The translations under genes were made by a program, and so were the position numbers. Below, in pieces: positions 11,301 through 19,431 of a stretch of DNA of 64,000 bases (positions are counted from its first letter, which is position 1; each line of letters opens with the position of its first letter). The notes beneath the pieces are model-generated. The model did not search any database. It was not told where the DNA came from and saw only the letters and a list, made by a program, of their open reading frames with translations. The stretch comes from Clostridia bacterium (GTDB lineage: Bacteria; Bacillota; Clostridia; Christensenellales; Borkfalkiaceae). The DNA lies in NCBI GenBank assembly GCA_017467265.1, contig JAFTSO010000050.1:11532-75531 (forward strand), given 5' to 3'.

Positions 11301-14300
11301 TGCAGGCTTGATGCGCGGTATGGCAGTTTGCGAAGTGCAAATCGTCAACGAATACACGAGCGAAGTCGTTTGGCAGGAAACGCAAAAGAACGTAGCCAAA
11401 GGGTATGCAAACGGCGGTTCGACGCGTCCTGGGTTTATTGAAGTGGAATTTAACCCGTACGAGCTGAATTTGCCCAACAACACAAAATACCGTTTCTCGA
11501 TGGTCGGATATCTTGATTACGGCGACGGGAAACAGGGGAATAAGAATTCCTTCTCGTTCAGCTTTACGACGGACTATGAAAAGCCGACGTTGGTGGATGC
11601 AGGTCTTCGTTATGAAGAATATAAGAACGAAAAGGAAGAAATCCAGACGCGTGTATATCTCGATATTACCACGTTCGACAACAACTATACGCAGGCGATT
11701 TTGCTCTGCTACGTAGATCAGACGAACACGGTACAGCTGTTGACCGATTACATTACTCCCGTCTATTCGGATAGAAGGGGTCAAACGGTGACGACGTCGA
11801 TCGAGATTACCGATTATTACGAAGATTATTTTGATACGTTCTATTTGCAGGTCGAAGACTATGCAATGAACTACGATCTGTACGCGTTGACGCTGGATAA
11901 CGCGATTCTCTTCCCCGAACGCCTTTCGTTTGGTCAGGAAGAATTGCATTTGAATTTGTACGGCTCGGCAAAACCCGAAGTAACGGTGACGCCCAGCAGC
12001 GCACAGCGCTACGATCTCGTTTGGACGAGCAACGACGAAGACGTTGCGATCGTGAAAGACGGTGAAATCTATGCCAAGGGCGTAGGCGAAACGTATATCA
12101 CGGTATATGCGACGCGCGACGACGTTTTGCTCAAACCCAGCGCGAGAATTAAGGTAATCGTCACGGACGATACGGTGGAACTCCCCAAATATAAAGGGTT
12201 GAAATTTAATCTGATTAAGGATAAGAAGGAAACGGTGGTCAACCCCACGAACAGGACGGTGGAAGTTCACCCCAACGAATTTATTCAGCTGGAAGTAGTT
12301 TCCGAACCTTTCTATCTGCCTACGATGCAAGTAGAATGGAAGAGTTCCAACCCGTATATTGCTACCGTGGACGAAAACGGTATCGTGCATACGTTGCGCG
12401 AAGGCTCGTGTACGATCACGGCACAGCAGGTCAACGAAGACGGAACACTCGGGTTCTTCTCGGCAAATACGTATTTTAACGTAGGTCCTGAATTCGTTAT
12501 TAACAGCTATATTCTCGAAGAGTACCACGGTGCAGGCGGCGACGTCGTCGTACCCGAAGAGCTCAACTTTATGTACATCGACGAGGAATGTTTCAAAAAC
12601 AACAAGACGATCACCAGTTTCGTTGTTCCCGACGACGTAATGGAAATTTGGGAAGAGGCGTTCTACGGCTGTACGGCTCTCGAATATGTCAGCTTCCCGA
12701 AGAGTTTGACGCTCGTTCAGAAATCGGCGTTTGAGAACTGCAAAGCGCTGAAGACGGTGGACATGACCGACGCGTTGTCCGTGATTTTCTCCCACCGTGC
12801 GTTCTACGGCTGTACGTCGCTGGAAGAAATTGTGAACGACGAGCGATTGACGGCGATTTGGGATTATACTTTTGCAAACTGTTCGTCTTTGAAGAGCTTG
12901 AACATCTCTAATCTCGTGCAGGTAGGCGAATACGCGTTCTCTGGCTGTACGGGTCTGGAAGACATCACCGTGTCCAAATATACGATGATCGGCGAAGGTA
13001 TGTTCTACGGCTGCTCGGGGCTCAAGGAAGTGACCGTGCCTGCGGAATATATCGGCGAAAATGCGTTCTACGCTTGTAGCAATCTGGAAAAGGTAGTGCT
13101 CAACGGCAACACCGTCGTAGGGGAGAGTGCTTTCCGTGGCTGCGTGGCGCTTCGTCATTTGTATATGCCAGGCAGAATTTACGAGATCCGCGAACGTGCC
13201 TTTGAAGGGTGTACGGCGATGCGTATTCTCGTATTGCCCAACTGCGAAGTAGCAATCGGCAAAAATGCGTTCTACCGTTGTACCGGTTTGGCGACGGTAG
13301 GCGTGCGTGAACAGACGTCGCTGAACTTTGGCGAAGCGTTCCGCGATTGCAGCGCATTGAAAAATCTTGGCTATGCGACGTTGACGTATTCGGAAGAGAG
13401 CGGCTATGCAAATTCGTTCGATCCTAGCATTACGGAAACGGAGCATTACACGATCGAAGATAACGTTATCTATAACAAAGCAAAAACGGCGATCATGTTC
13501 GTTCCGTCGGCGACGACGGAGATCACGTTGCCCGATACGATCGAAACAATCGGTGCAGGCGCGTTCTACGGCAAGAGCTTGCTCACGTCCGTCACGCTGC
13601 CCGACGGGTTAAAGGAAATCGGCGATTATGCGTTCTCCTATACGGGGATCACGTCCGTCGAAATCCCTGTCGGTGTGACAAAACTGGGTGAGGGTGCATT
13701 CTCGTACTGCTATAGCCTGACGGAAGTGAAATTCGCGGAAGACAGCCAGTTGACGGAGATTCCCGAAGGTTGCTTTAACAGCGCGTTCGAGCTGGAAAGC
13801 ATCGCGCTGCCGAAGAGCGTGACGTATGTTGGCGATTATGCGTTCGGTGCGAGTGCGCTCTCCACGGTGTATGCGCTGGGCGAGACGGCAACGGCGAACA
13901 CGTTTAGTGGGGAACAGCTGTCCTTGACGGACATCGGCGAAGGCGCGTTCAGTAGCTGTAAATTACAAAAGATTATTTTGCCTACAACGTTGGAAACGCT
14001 GGGTGTCAGCGCGTTTGCGCTCAACCCGTTGCTGTTGGAAGTATATTTCCGTTCCAACGTGCAGATGGGCGAAGCGGTATTCTTTGATTCGACGAATCTC
14101 GAAAGGGTAGAATTCTTTGACGAAATGACGTCGGTGGGCGATTACACGTTTGCATCGACGGCAGGGCAGCACGGTTTGCGTTACGTCACGTTGCCTTCCG
14201 CGCTGACGAAGATCGGTGAATATACCTTCTCAAACTGTTTCAATCTGGAAACGTTGACGATCCCCGATACGGTCACCTACGTTGGTGATTATGCGTTCTA

Positions 14301-15861
14301 CGGCTGTTCGTCGCTGAACGACGTGGCTTTGGAGAACGTAGTATGGATAGGCGGCTATGCGTTTACGGGTACGCAGGCGTTTAAGTCGGCTAGCCTGCCC
14401 AACGTACAGTCGATCGGCGATTATGCGTTCTATCAGAGTAATATTCAGACGATTTCCGTGCCCGTGCTCGTGCACGTAGGCGAAGGTGGTATCGCGTATA
14501 CGAAGTTGGAGTGGCTGGATCTGCCCGAAACGTTGCTTTCGGTAGGACCTGGTGCGTTCCATTACAATTTCTATCTCGACGGTATCCGTATCGAAGACAA
14601 CGGCGTATTCTTTATCGATCCGTTGACGGACGACGGCTATGGCGTTATCTACTCCTACCGCGACAACGGAAAATATCAACTCGAAGGTTACCCCGGTGGT
14701 AATCCTGCGAGAGAATACACCATTCTCGAAGGGACGGAGCGTGTCGGCGAAATGGCGTTCACGGGTGCGAATACGTTGTATTCCATCTACGCGCCCAACT
14801 CGTTGAAGACGATCGGCGACAAAGCGTTCTACGACTGTGCTGCAATGGATTATAATTTCCTTAGCGTCAATGCGCCGAATTTGGAAACGAGATATATCGA
14901 CGGTGGTATGTACGAACCCGATTCTTGGATGTATGAAGTATTTTCAAGGGACGGTCAGTACGCAGACGAACGTTTCTATGCGAACTTCTATTACTACGCG
15001 ATGTTCCTGTATTACGGGCTCTACCCGTACGGCACGAGCTACGGCTTAATGCTCACCTATCCCACCAACGCGGTTGGCTATGACGAGTTCATTTGGTCGT
15101 GTTTCTTCCAAGATATTTATTATACGGACGATACCATCGACGAAACGACGATGGCGGCGGTAGAGGCGGTAAGAGCGCTGCCTTCGCTCGAAGAGATCAA
15201 TGCGTTGATCGCGGCGGTCGATCAAGAATCGGCGGCGGCGCGTGCAGAAGAGATCACCGAGCTTTTGAAAACGGCGCGTACTCTGTACAACAATATCGTC
15301 AGCGAAACGCAGCTCGCGTTCTTCAACGGCGACTTTGACGGCACCGATTACCTTGCCGAGCTTTCTGCAAGGGAAATGGCGATGCGTCCCGTGAAAGATC
15401 ATTACGGTATCTTGACGACGGTCGTATCCATCACGTTGATTTCCACGCCTGACAAGATGACCTACTATGCAGGCGAAGAGATCGACACGACGGGTATGGT
15501 AATCGAGGCGACCTACGACGACGGTACGACGGCGATTGTTGAAGATTATGAACTCTCGACATACGTGGCTAGCGTGACGGGCGGTAGAATTACCGTTTCG
15601 TACGGCGGCAAGACGACGTCCTTCCGTATCACCGTCAAGGCGGCGGAAGAAAAACCTGAGCCCCCCGAAGAATCGGAATCTGAATCGGAATCTTCCGAAG
15701 ACTCCGAATCGATCGTGGATTCGTCCGAAACCCCGAGCGCAGCTGGTAAGAAAAACGGCTGCAAGGGCGTAGGCATCGGGCTGGGCATCGGTATCCCTGT
15801 AGTAGCGCTTGGCGCGGTAGCAATCTTTGTGATGTTGAAAAAGAAGAAAGGAGGCAAATAA
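8335..15861 (+). CDS. Second giant S8 serine peptidase (paralog of the first): S8 with PA insert, Fn3-like motif, two Big_2-like domains, BspA-type LRR array, Ig-like domain, Ser/Glu linker and C-terminal TM anchor
   Basis: 2508-codon ORF with AGGAGG 8 nt upstream. Signal peptide (SILCLSAFMAASSGVGAVFHSASA). Triad motifs AVLDTGTD (D230), HGLHVAG (H304) and GTSMATP (S672). PA-like block (ALVQRGTTTFEEKMKIAKENGAIGIMIYN). YVEGFATL...LPFLAFYGDW motif. Big_2-like segments (VTPSSAQRYDLVWTSNDEDVAIV; VEWKSSNPYIATVDENG). C-terminal hydrophobic helix followed by KKKKGGK. Confidence 0.9.
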   Translation: MRKIMKKISILCLSAFMAASSGVGAVFHSASANEKLTTTVKNGAATKPTSTMLSQKEYDVAFEKAEGLDVSQLFIDNYNPEVVLTNKLQPAEDYVAVINLGKGSLSEQAAEKGLTVAEFAKTAAGKSARNKIGKELDQFEDEVKGLGIDAETVYRYDTLTKGVAIRAKGADFDKIASIVGVESVIMSEHYAAPKVLEISNDTNVYATGIYNTSEIDPALRGNGSAIAVLDTGTDVQHPAFQTDNFYATEFALTRDEIAERLQYTKAVEFDDEASIENVYKSEKLPFAFDYADKDSNVYPAYSSHGLHVAGIIAGNYTEVEEDIVNSDPDLKFEYDEEKETHYFEGVVPDAQIVTMKVFTDNVDDEALGGAETENILAALEDAVTIGVDVINMSLGSSAGFSSYVDEYMEKVYTAIENAGISLVCAASNDYSSGYGGENGTNLTSDPDSATVGSPSTYHAAISVASINGQKDPYMLAQDDIMVFFTEATDGNSNKMDFVGDIFTGLKAEGKMPTASETTELQYVVIPGLGRSYNYSANIRSKLQSQPSIALVQRGTTTFEEKMKIAKENGAIGIMIYNNVAGKISMTMGAKNKSDIIPSCSITMDIGNQMVSAAVDSVGKIVLNKAFLSGPFMSDFSSWGPTPSLELKPEITAYGGNVTSSVAGGYDVYSGTSMATPNMAGAVAIIRTHLKKTYPDMTAQELAARTYQLMMSTAGIVLNEYGDPYSPRKQGAGIANIEAALASQSYITVLDKDGNVSPKSKIELGDDPDRTGVYEFEFTINNASKEFARYELGWYVMTETVSSDGKTVAEKSNVLDDAKVDVWVNGKATSQKQVMIAGESTAQIKMKITLSDANKAFLDKYFVNGMYVEGFATLRQSATGLESGEMHDLTLPFLAFYGDWTDAPMLDYSMYEIAENEADDAIPDDEKYEVKFFSTTPYSKYGEKYILPMGMYLYNLPDDADPIYSSEDKASLSIYNEEFHQTAYEFYAVYAGLMRGMAVCEVQIVNEYTSEVVWQETQKNVAKGYANGGSTRPGFIEVEFNPYELNLPNNTKYRFSMVGYLDYGDGKQGNKNSFSFSFTTDYEKPTLVDAGLRYEEYKNEKEEIQTRVYLDITTFDNNYTQAILLCYVDQTNTVQLLTDYITPVYSDRRGQTVTTSIEITDYYEDYFDTFYLQVEDYAMNYDLYALTLDNAILFPERLSFGQEELHLNLYGSAKPEVTVTPSSAQRYDLVWTSNDEDVAIVKDGEIYAKGVGETYITVYATRDDVLLKPSARIKVIVTDDTVELPKYKGLKFNLIKDKKETVVNPTNRTVEVHPNEFIQLEVVSEPFYLPTMQVEWKSSNPYIATVDENGIVHTLREGSCTITAQQVNEDGTLGFFSANTYFNVGPEFVINSYILEEYHGAGGDVVVPEELNFMYIDEECFKNNKTITSFVVPDDVMEIWEEAFYGCTALEYVSFPKSLTLVQKSAFENCKALKTVDMTDALSVIFSHRAFYGCTSLEEIVNDERLTAIWDYTFANCSSLKSLNISNLVQVGEYAFSGCTGLEDITVSKYTMIGEGMFYGCSGLKEVTVPAEYIGENAFYACSNLEKVVLNGNTVVGESAFRGCVALRHLYMPGRIYEIRERAFEGCTAMRILVLPNCEVAIGKNAFYRCTGLATVGVREQTSLNFGEAFRDCSALKNLGYATLTYSEESGYANSFDPSITETEHYTIEDNVIYNKAKTAIMFVPSATTEITLPDTIETIGAGAFYGKSLLTSVTLPDGLKEIGDYAFSYTGITSVEIPVGVTKLGEGAFSYCYSLTEVKFAEDSQLTEIPEGCFNSAFELESIALPKSVTYVGDYAFGASALSTVYALGETATANTFSGEQLSLTDIGEGAFSSCKLQKIILPTTLETLGVSAFALNPLLLEVYFRSNVQMGEAVFFDSTNLERVEFFDEMTSVGDYTFASTAGQHGLRYVTLPSALTKIGEYTFSNCFNLETLTIPDTVTYVGDYAFYGCSSLNDVALENVVWIGGYAFTGTQAFKSASLPNVQSIGDYAFYQSNIQTISVPVLVHVGEGGIAYTKLEWLDLPETLLSVGPGAFHYNFYLDGIRIEDNGVFFIDPLTDDGYGVIYSYRDNGKYQLEGYPGGNPAREYTILEGTERVGEMAFTGANTLYSIYAPNSLKTIGDKAFYDCAAMDYNFLSVNAPNLETRYIDGGMYEPDSWMYEVFSRDGQYADERFYANFYYYAMFLYYGLYPYGTSYGLMLTYPTNAVGYDEFIWSCFFQDIYYTDDTIDETTMAAVEAVRALPSLEEINALIAAVDQESAAARAEEITELLKTARTLYNNIVSETQLAFFNGDFDGTDYLAELSAREMAMRPVKDHYGILTTVVSITLISTPDKMTYYAGEEIDTTGMVIEATYDDGTTAIVEDYELSTYVASVTGGRITVSYGGKTTSFRITVKAAEEKPEPPEESESESESSEDSESIVDSSETPSAAGKKNGCKGVGIGLGIGIPVVALGAVAIFVMLKKKKGGK
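12520..14880 (+). repeat. BspA-type LRR array inside the second protease (approximate bounds)
   Basis: About 790 aa of reiterated 'xxAFxGCxxLxxVxLPxxVxxIG' units (e.g. IWEEAFYGCTALEYVSFP, IGAGAFYGKSLLTSVTLP). Confidence 0.75.
15736..15858 (+). other. C-terminal tripartite signal of protease 2: AGKKNGCKG motif, hydrophobic helix, basic tail
   Basis: Translation SAAGKKNGCKGVGIGLGIGIPVVALGAVAIFVMLKKKKGGK. The Cys codon is at 15760-15762, 32 residues from the C-terminus, and is preceded by an (ES)n-rich linker. No LPXTG. Confidence 0.6.
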
Positions 15862-16559
15862 TGAATAAGATGAAAAAAATTCTGACGGTCATACTCGCTT
15901 TCTTTACGTTGCTATTATTTGGTGCGTGCGGTACTACGGACAGCCAAGTCCCTGCGGATTATTCCGTTTGCGTGACCTATCATTTTAATGGCGGCAAAAT
16001 GGAAAAATACGACGACGCGACGCAGTTGACGGTGTTTTACAAGCCGCAATCGCTCATCGCAGAGCCGGGTGTGACGACCAAAGAGCTGGAAGAAGTAAAA
16101 CGTAGCGGTTGCTTTGCGGCAGGTTGGTACTATGCAAAAACAGATGAAACGGGTGCGATTGTCCTCGATAACGAGGGCAATCCGATCCCCGGGGACGTAG
16201 CCTTTGATTTTAAGAACGAAGTGGTCACCAAGGACATTACGCTCGTGATCAAATGGAGTGAAAAAATCAAGGTTATCTTCAAGAATCTTTACTCGACGCA
16301 GACCAAAGAATATACCAAGGATTACGAATCGGGCGACGCGTTCAAACGCCCCGGTCTTGAAACCTCGGCAAAGGGCGGCAAGGTAGAGAATTACTACTGG
16401 TCGTACGATGCGGCAACGGATACGTATTCGGATATGATTGTGTTTGGCTCGCTCACGTATGACGACTTGAAGGCGCAGGTAGGGGAAAACCCTGAAAAAG
16501 ACGGTGAATACACGATTTTGTACGTTTACGTAAAGATCGTGCCGGAAACGGAAGAATAA
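15861..16559 (+). CDS. Small lipoprotein with a Listeria-Bacteroides (Flg_new-type) repeat-like segment
   Basis: The start overlaps the protease-2 stop (TAATG), and AAAGGAGG lies upstream. Signal peptide with lipobox LLFGAC. Segment VTYHFNGGKM...CFAAGWYYAKTDETG resembles the repeat family also present in the third protease. Confidence 0.8.
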   Translation: MNKMKKILTVILAFFTLLLFGACGTTDSQVPADYSVCVTYHFNGGKMEKYDDATQLTVFYKPQSLIAEPGVTTKELEEVKRSGCFAAGWYYAKTDETGAIVLDNEGNPIPGDVAFDFKNEVVTKDITLVIKWSEKIKVIFKNLYSTQTKEYTKDYESGDAFKRPGLETSAKGGKVENYYWSYDAATDTYSDMIVFGSLTYDDLKAQVGENPEKDGEYTILYVYVKIVPETEE

Positions 16560-16581
16560 TAAAAAAGGAAGGATAAAAATT

Positions 16582-19371
16582 ATGGTGAAATTTTTACGCG
16601 GAAAACACTTTTTCGCAAAAGCATTGTCGGCAATTCTCGCATTGACTTTCAGCTTTTCGGTGGTGGCGTGCGGCGGCGGTAGCTCCGGTTCGACGGACAA
16701 TAGTAGTAGCGGCAACAGCAGCGCTTCCAACCCGACGTCCAATTCCAGCTCGGAAGAAACGCCCCCTGAAAAAGAGAAAATCTACGATAACGAAAAAATG
16801 CCCGTCACCTTCTCCGTAGGGGAACTCGACGGCGTATTCAATCCTTTTTACTCCACGTCGGCGTACGACGGTGAAATCGTAGGGATGACGCAGATCAGTA
16901 TGCTCGGTTCTGACGCGTTTGGCGGCGTGGCTTACGGCCGCGACGAGGCTGTTATGACGTTGGATATGACGCAAACGATGTACGATGAAAACGGCAACGT
17001 CACCTCCGACGGCTCGTCCGAAGGTACGACCGTGTACGAGTTCTTGATCAAGAACGGCGTAAAGGACAGTCAGGGTTATCCGATTACGGTCGATGATATT
17101 CTCTTTAATATGTACGTATATCTCGATCCCGTTTACAATGGTTCTTCGACGATGTATTCGACCAAGATTCAGGGGTTGAACGCGTACAAGACGGGTAAAG
17201 AAACGGGTGACGAGGACGACGTAGGCGGTATGAACACGACGGCGCTTGCGAACGCACGTGCGACTATCGTTAATATGGTACTGTACGCGAACGCAACGTA
17301 TTTGCCTGATCAGTATCAGCACGCGTTCACGAACGAGCAGATCGCAGAATTTGAAACGTATATCGAAAAACTGTATTCGTTCTTTGAGAATATGCTCTCT
17401 ACCGATTGGAACGGCTGTGCGAACAGTATGGAAACGGCACAGGAAAACTATATTCTGGTGGACGGCGAAGATTACCGTGTCAACAAGGAAAACCCCAGAA
17501 CGTACGAAATCTCCAAGGTTTGGGAATATTTCTGCGTTTCGGAAGGTCTTTGCCAGTACGTTGAAATTAACGATAGTGAAAAGACGGACGAAGAAAAGCC
17601 CCGTTATTACGTGATCGTGGATACGGGTATCCAGAACGATATCGAGCAGGCGATCGAAGGCTTGACGAACGCGGAAGAAATTCTTGAAGCGGAAAAGAAT
17701 ATCTGTTTCGAAGCAATGCGCGACGAATATAAGAATTACGGCAAAGTGGAAACGCTGTGTTACGGGTTCTCGGTAGGCAACGAATTGCTCGAATATTTGA
17801 AGGGCGTTGAGCTGGAAAAATTGACGGCGGCATCCGACGCGATCAAGAGTATCAGCGGTATCACAACGTCGCAGACAAAGGAATTCAACGGCGTCACGTA
17901 CGCGGAAACGCACGACGTTTTGAAAATCGTCATCGACGGCGTTGACCCCAAGGCAATCTGGAACTTCGCATTTACAGTTGCTCCTATGCGCTATTATGCA
18001 AGTGAAGAACAGATCAACCTGTTCGACGGCGAAGAACACTTCGGCTTGGTAAAGAGCTCTATTTCCTATCGTGACAACTACTTGAAGAACGTAGAACGTA
18101 TGGGCTTGCCCATCGGCGGCGGCGCGTACATGGCAAGCTCGCCCAACGGTACGCCTGCGAACAAGAGAACGGATTTCCGCAACAAGAACGTTGTATATTA
18201 TCAGCGCAACCCGTATTTCTACACAATCGGTATCGACTCGCCTACGGCAACGCAAGCCGATTATGAAAAGAGCGCGGAAGAGGCAGATACGCCTATTCAC
18301 AACGCAAAGATCAAATATCTGCGTTATCAGGTCGTTTCATCGTCCAACGTTATGGACGCGATGATCGCAAAAGAAATCGATTACAGCTCGGAAATCTCTG
18401 CAAAACAGGCGACGATCAACCAGCTGAACCATTATAGCTATCTCGACTATGCTCGTCAGCCGAATAACGGTTATGGGTATATCGGTTTGAACGCGAAGTA
18501 CGTACAGGATATCGAAGTTCGTCGTTTGATTATGTACGTTATGGACCGTAGTATGATTACGGACAGCTACTACACCGACGGTTTGGGTAGCATCATCGAA
18601 CGTCCTATGACGACCAACTCTTGGGCATATCCCGAAGACGCAACGACGTACTATACGCAGGACTGGTTTATTAAGCATTATCAGGAAACGTACGGTATCA
18701 CGTTGCAGAAAGTAGCGGATACGTCGCAGTTCGTAGAGAACGCATTGAAGGCGCTCGGCTATCAAAAATCGGGCGGCGTTTACCAGAAGAAACTCGCTGA
18801 TAACAAGACGATTTCAAAACTGGATTATACTTTCACGATTGCAGGCGACACGAAAGACCACCCTGCATATTCGGTATTCGCTTTGGCAGCGGAAGACCTG
18901 AACAAAGCAGGTATGAGCATCGACGTTAAGACGGACGCACAGGCACTTTCCAAGCTTTCCAACGGTCAGCTTGCCGTTTGGGCGGCAGCTTGGGGCAGCG
19001 CAATCGACCCCGACCTGTATCAGGTATATCATAAGTATTCGCAGGCAACCAGCGTCAACAACTGGGGCTATTCCACGATTTTGGACAGCAATAACAACAA
19101 ACTGTACGCAGCAGAATTGAACATCATTGACAAACTCTCCAAAGACATCGATTTGGCGCGTGCAACGCTCGATCAGGACGTTCGTGCGGATATTTACGCA
19201 GAAGCGCTCGATTATATTATGGAACTCGCAGTAGAACTTCCTACCTATCAAAGAGTAAACCTGTTGGTGTACAATTCTTCGAAAATTGATCCTGCGTCCT
19301 TGACGCCGAAGAGTGATTTGACCGCATATAGAGGATTGATCGAAAACATTTGGGAACTCGATCTGCTCTAA
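16582..19371 (+). CDS. ABC transporter substrate-binding lipoprotein, family 5 (Opp/Dpp/Nik-type), unusually long at 929 aa
   Basis: Lipobox SVVAC followed by a Ser/Gly/Asn-rich tether. Family-5 core blocks (FNPFYSTSAYDGEIVGMTQISML; YEFLIKNGVKDSQGYPITVDDILFNMYVYLDP; GYGYIGLNAKY; DPDLYQVYH). A large extra segment sits between the first core blocks and the 'VLKIVIDGVDPKAIWNFAF' block. Confidence 0.85.
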   Translation: MVKFLRGKHFFAKALSAILALTFSFSVVACGGGSSGSTDNSSSGNSSASNPTSNSSSEETPPEKEKIYDNEKMPVTFSVGELDGVFNPFYSTSAYDGEIVGMTQISMLGSDAFGGVAYGRDEAVMTLDMTQTMYDENGNVTSDGSSEGTTVYEFLIKNGVKDSQGYPITVDDILFNMYVYLDPVYNGSSTMYSTKIQGLNAYKTGKETGDEDDVGGMNTTALANARATIVNMVLYANATYLPDQYQHAFTNEQIAEFETYIEKLYSFFENMLSTDWNGCANSMETAQENYILVDGEDYRVNKENPRTYEISKVWEYFCVSEGLCQYVEINDSEKTDEEKPRYYVIVDTGIQNDIEQAIEGLTNAEEILEAEKNICFEAMRDEYKNYGKVETLCYGFSVGNELLEYLKGVELEKLTAASDAIKSISGITTSQTKEFNGVTYAETHDVLKIVIDGVDPKAIWNFAFTVAPMRYYASEEQINLFDGEEHFGLVKSSISYRDNYLKNVERMGLPIGGGAYMASSPNGTPANKRTDFRNKNVVYYQRNPYFYTIGIDSPTATQADYEKSAEEADTPIHNAKIKYLRYQVVSSSNVMDAMIAKEIDYSSEISAKQATINQLNHYSYLDYARQPNNGYGYIGLNAKYVQDIEVRRLIMYVMDRSMITDSYYTDGLGSIIERPMTTNSWAYPEDATTYYTQDWFIKHYQETYGITLQKVADTSQFVENALKALGYQKSGGVYQKKLADNKTISKLDYTFTIAGDTKDHPAYSVFALAAEDLNKAGMSIDVKTDAQALSKLSNGQLAVWAAAWGSAIDPDLYQVYHKYSQATSVNNWGYSTILDSNNNKLYAAELNIIDKLSKDIDLARATLDQDVRADIYAEALDYIMELAVELPTYQRVNLLVYNSSKIDPASLTPKSDLTAYRGLIENIWELDLL

Positions 19372-19384
19372 GGAAGGACGAAAA

Positions 19385-19412
19385 CCGAGGCAAGGAGAAA
19401 ACCTTGCCTCGG
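19385..19412 (+). promoter_or_regulatory. Intercistronic stem-loop directly after the binding-protein gene (11-bp perfect stem, 6-nt loop, no T-run)
   Basis: ccgaggcaagg-agaaaa-ccttgcctcgg is followed by gaaaaaagg, not a U-tract. It lies between the SBP stop (19371) and the permease start (19432). Confidence 0.6.
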
Positions 19413-19431
19413 GAAAAAAGGAAGATGATTT

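Noticed and set aside
3981-14880. The possibility that the LRR arrays are targets of a diversity-generating retroelement or cassette recombination.
   Set aside because: I could not see a reverse transcriptase gene, a template-repeat-like near-duplicate of any LRR segment, or a recombinase anywhere in the window. A proper nucleotide self-comparison was not possible by eye, so this is unconfirmed rather than disproved.
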